64,000 nt of DNA from Iphione sp. A-MEVVRFRX5 (Eukaryota): the NCBI GenBank assembly GCA_976226885.1, contig OZ320315.1, positions 79,546,001 through 79,610,000 of the forward strand, given 5' to 3'. Of this stretch, positions 61,605 through 64,000 are shown in pieces. The position numbers and the translations under genes were made by a program. Position 1 is the stretch's first letter. Each line of letters opens with the position of its first letter. Below the pieces are notes generated by a model, which worked only from the letters and a program-made list of their open reading frames with translations, did not search any database and was not told the DNA's origin.

Positions 61605-64000
61605 GTGCTTGCTTATCAGGCGGCATTAAAGGTGAAGCCGGTAAAGGTAGGATAAACAAGAATACACTGGGCGTCTTCAGGACGAGTGCGAGTGCTACGA
61701 GAGAGAGCATTTCGCGCAGAGCTATTTTGTTCAGCTTTGACTCAATGTTTCCCTCAGTACCGCCACATGATATGCACGCCTTAGGCTTAGGGGTACCCAT
61801 TTTTACCAGGTCATTTCATCTTCTGCCGACAAGCGAGTGCAAAGTGGACTTAAAGCACTAGCAGATGTAGACACCACCTCTCACTCCCAGCACCACCACC
61901 TCCACTCGGAAAGCGCTTGCAAGTAGGGTGACCATCCTCCCCACCTCACCCCACCCCCCCCACCCCCAAGACTGGTGGTACCCCACGTGTAGGCCTCCCA
62001 TCCATCTGCACTGAGGAGTCTTAGATTTGCACTAGTGATATAGAACTCAGGCGATCCTCTCTGGCAGCCTTCTCACGCCAAGATAGCCCGGCAGATGGCG
62101 TACTGTGCTACAGGTTCCCACCGACTCAGCTGTCTAGGTTATAGATTGGCATTCGGTGTCCTTGGTGGGCTAATCCATAAGGTAATACCGGCCTAATCCA
62201 TCTATAGCACGAGTTCTCTAACCGGCCATCTATTCTGTGGTTCTTTATATCAGTTTCCTCTCTACGCTCGGCCAGGCGTAACGTTTCTCTGAGTGGCGAT
62301 AAAGTTCAGCATTCCCCCCACCTTCCTCCGGCTCTAATTGCCGCTCGTTTGTCTTACCTGTTGTGACTTACAGTATGTGCACTTGGTTAAGCCAACCATG
62401 TGCGGGCTGTAAACGTGAGGGAACGGGAAGAGAGGATAAAAAATAAAACAGACGGAGAGCGAGGATGAAGCTGGTACCATTCACTTTGAATCTAGCCAGA
62501 AATCACTTGCATTTCATCGTCCGCTCCCCCATTAAGTCCTACGCGGTAAATCCCCTCCCTGGCTTTAGATATGTTATGAATGTGCCGGACATTAAAGTTC
62601 GCTCTATGCAATAAACTGGCGCTGGCCTACTTGCGCTACTATATAAACTGCACTGACGTCCATTACGTCCTGATTAAGTCACTCCGGTTATGTGAGGTGT
62701 CACGCCAGGCTCCCGGTAGACCGTATCACTCATGCCACCTTCTCCCTACGCTCTCAGACAATGGCACACCAACCGGTTGAGATTTCTGCCTCATGATATC
62801 GCCGCCGAAGTACAATAGCTTTAGGACGTTATTAAAAATCCATCCAGAGTGAGTGCGGGCACAAAGAGCATGTGTCCACGCGATGCCAGCATGTAGAATG
62901 ACAAGTAAGTTATGTGCTGAGTGTTAATATTATTTTAATCTGCTCCGAACCGGGCCTTAATTTTCTAACCTTGCCCCTTCCTTCTTTTTCTACTGGATCG
63001 GGATCCCTTGAAGCCGGGGCAACAAAGAATGTTGCCCGCTTTTGAATTAACCAACAGTGAGCAGACTGTGGCCCATCGTTTGCGTACAATTTTGTATTTC
63101 TTGCCCTCACACATCAGAAGAATCGAAACATAGGAGAGAAATACAGCTGTCGCGCGTCCTGTGGCCCTCATCAGTAGCTACACCACATTGCCAAGTGGAA
63201 AACCGACTTGGCACAGATTTCTGCGCCAGTGCGCTAATAGACAATAGCAGTGGCTGTAAGATTAGCTAGTAGAAAAAAAAAGAGAATCTGATTGAGTGTT
63301 TCTCATGTGGCAAACAGGATACACATAATAGCTGCCGTATTGGATGTCTTCAGTGGGCCACCGGATATGTCTCTTTCCGACCGTTTCAATTGGAGATTAC
63401 CAATGCGCGTCTCAGGTTGGGGTAAGACACACTCTGCTCGAGTTTGTCGGGGATCTCTTATCGACGAGCTCGTCTCGTTCACCAGGTTTTCAGTTTCTCG
63501 TGCGACGTCAAATACACTAACAGAGAAGCGAATCAATTCAACAAAATGAACTTTTTGCTCATGTTATGCCGCAAGGCATTTTTAGCGTGTTTTTTTTCAT
63601 ATCCTAAACCCCCCCCCCGCCCCCCCCCCCGTCCTTCGAACGAATGCCTTTCTCGATCTGTGAAACGATACTGCCGCGAATTAAGCAGTTTGTGTGTGCG
63701 TCTGTTGGTATGTAGATAACTCCTCGTCGTCCTAAGCTGATCGACAGTGGTAGTTCCCCCTTCCCCCTTTTTTCCCCCGACGGTTACCATGGTTCGGTTT
63801 TCAGGGCAGCCATTGTCGCTAACATGGCAGCAGCGATAGAGTTGCTCTTCCCATTGTCAGCTGAGCGGCTCGCAGTCATTAGATAAGACCATTAGAAAGT
63901 GCAGGGCCGCACTAGCAGATACGAAAACGCCGGGTGGGCATGCGAACATTTTGGGCACGTGACGAAAATGATGAGGCCCGGAGCAGTGGAATCATTTAAC

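Noticed and set aside
300-63630. Numerous poly-G/poly-C homopolymers as a G-quadruplex system
   Set aside because: They are scattered on both strands with no pattern and look like a general genome property.

Overview
This is eukaryotic (animal) genomic DNA, mostly non-coding, with two N-gaps and many fresh and decayed microsatellites. The frequent TACATGTA palindromes and poly-G/C tracts suggest a marine invertebrate such as amphioxus; that is an inference only. The one well-supported gene is a complete 3,689-bp piggyBac transposon at 33122-36810. It has TTAA duplications, 16-bp imperfect TIRs, a 210-bp tandem array and a transposase split by two GT-AG introns. Splicing gives an uninterrupted 596-aa protein with the full D252/D331/D447 triad and a C-terminal cysteine-rich domain. 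The element appears to lie in a very long intron of an unidentified + strand gene. That gene's CpG-rich leader and probable first coding exon (about 22.0-23.28 kb) carry a start-stop uORF and an overlapping uORF. Two textbook recursive-splice-type junctions (pyrimidine tract-CAG|GTRAGT) lie downstream on the same strand at 48165/48166 and 61598/61599. Other signals are candidate orphan exons, DR4 nuclear-receptor elements, CTCF-like sites, a hairpin-core minisatellite and a tRNA-like remnant. No CRISPR array, rRNA or intact tRNA is supported. All counts and coordinates were read by hand, and no database search was possible.
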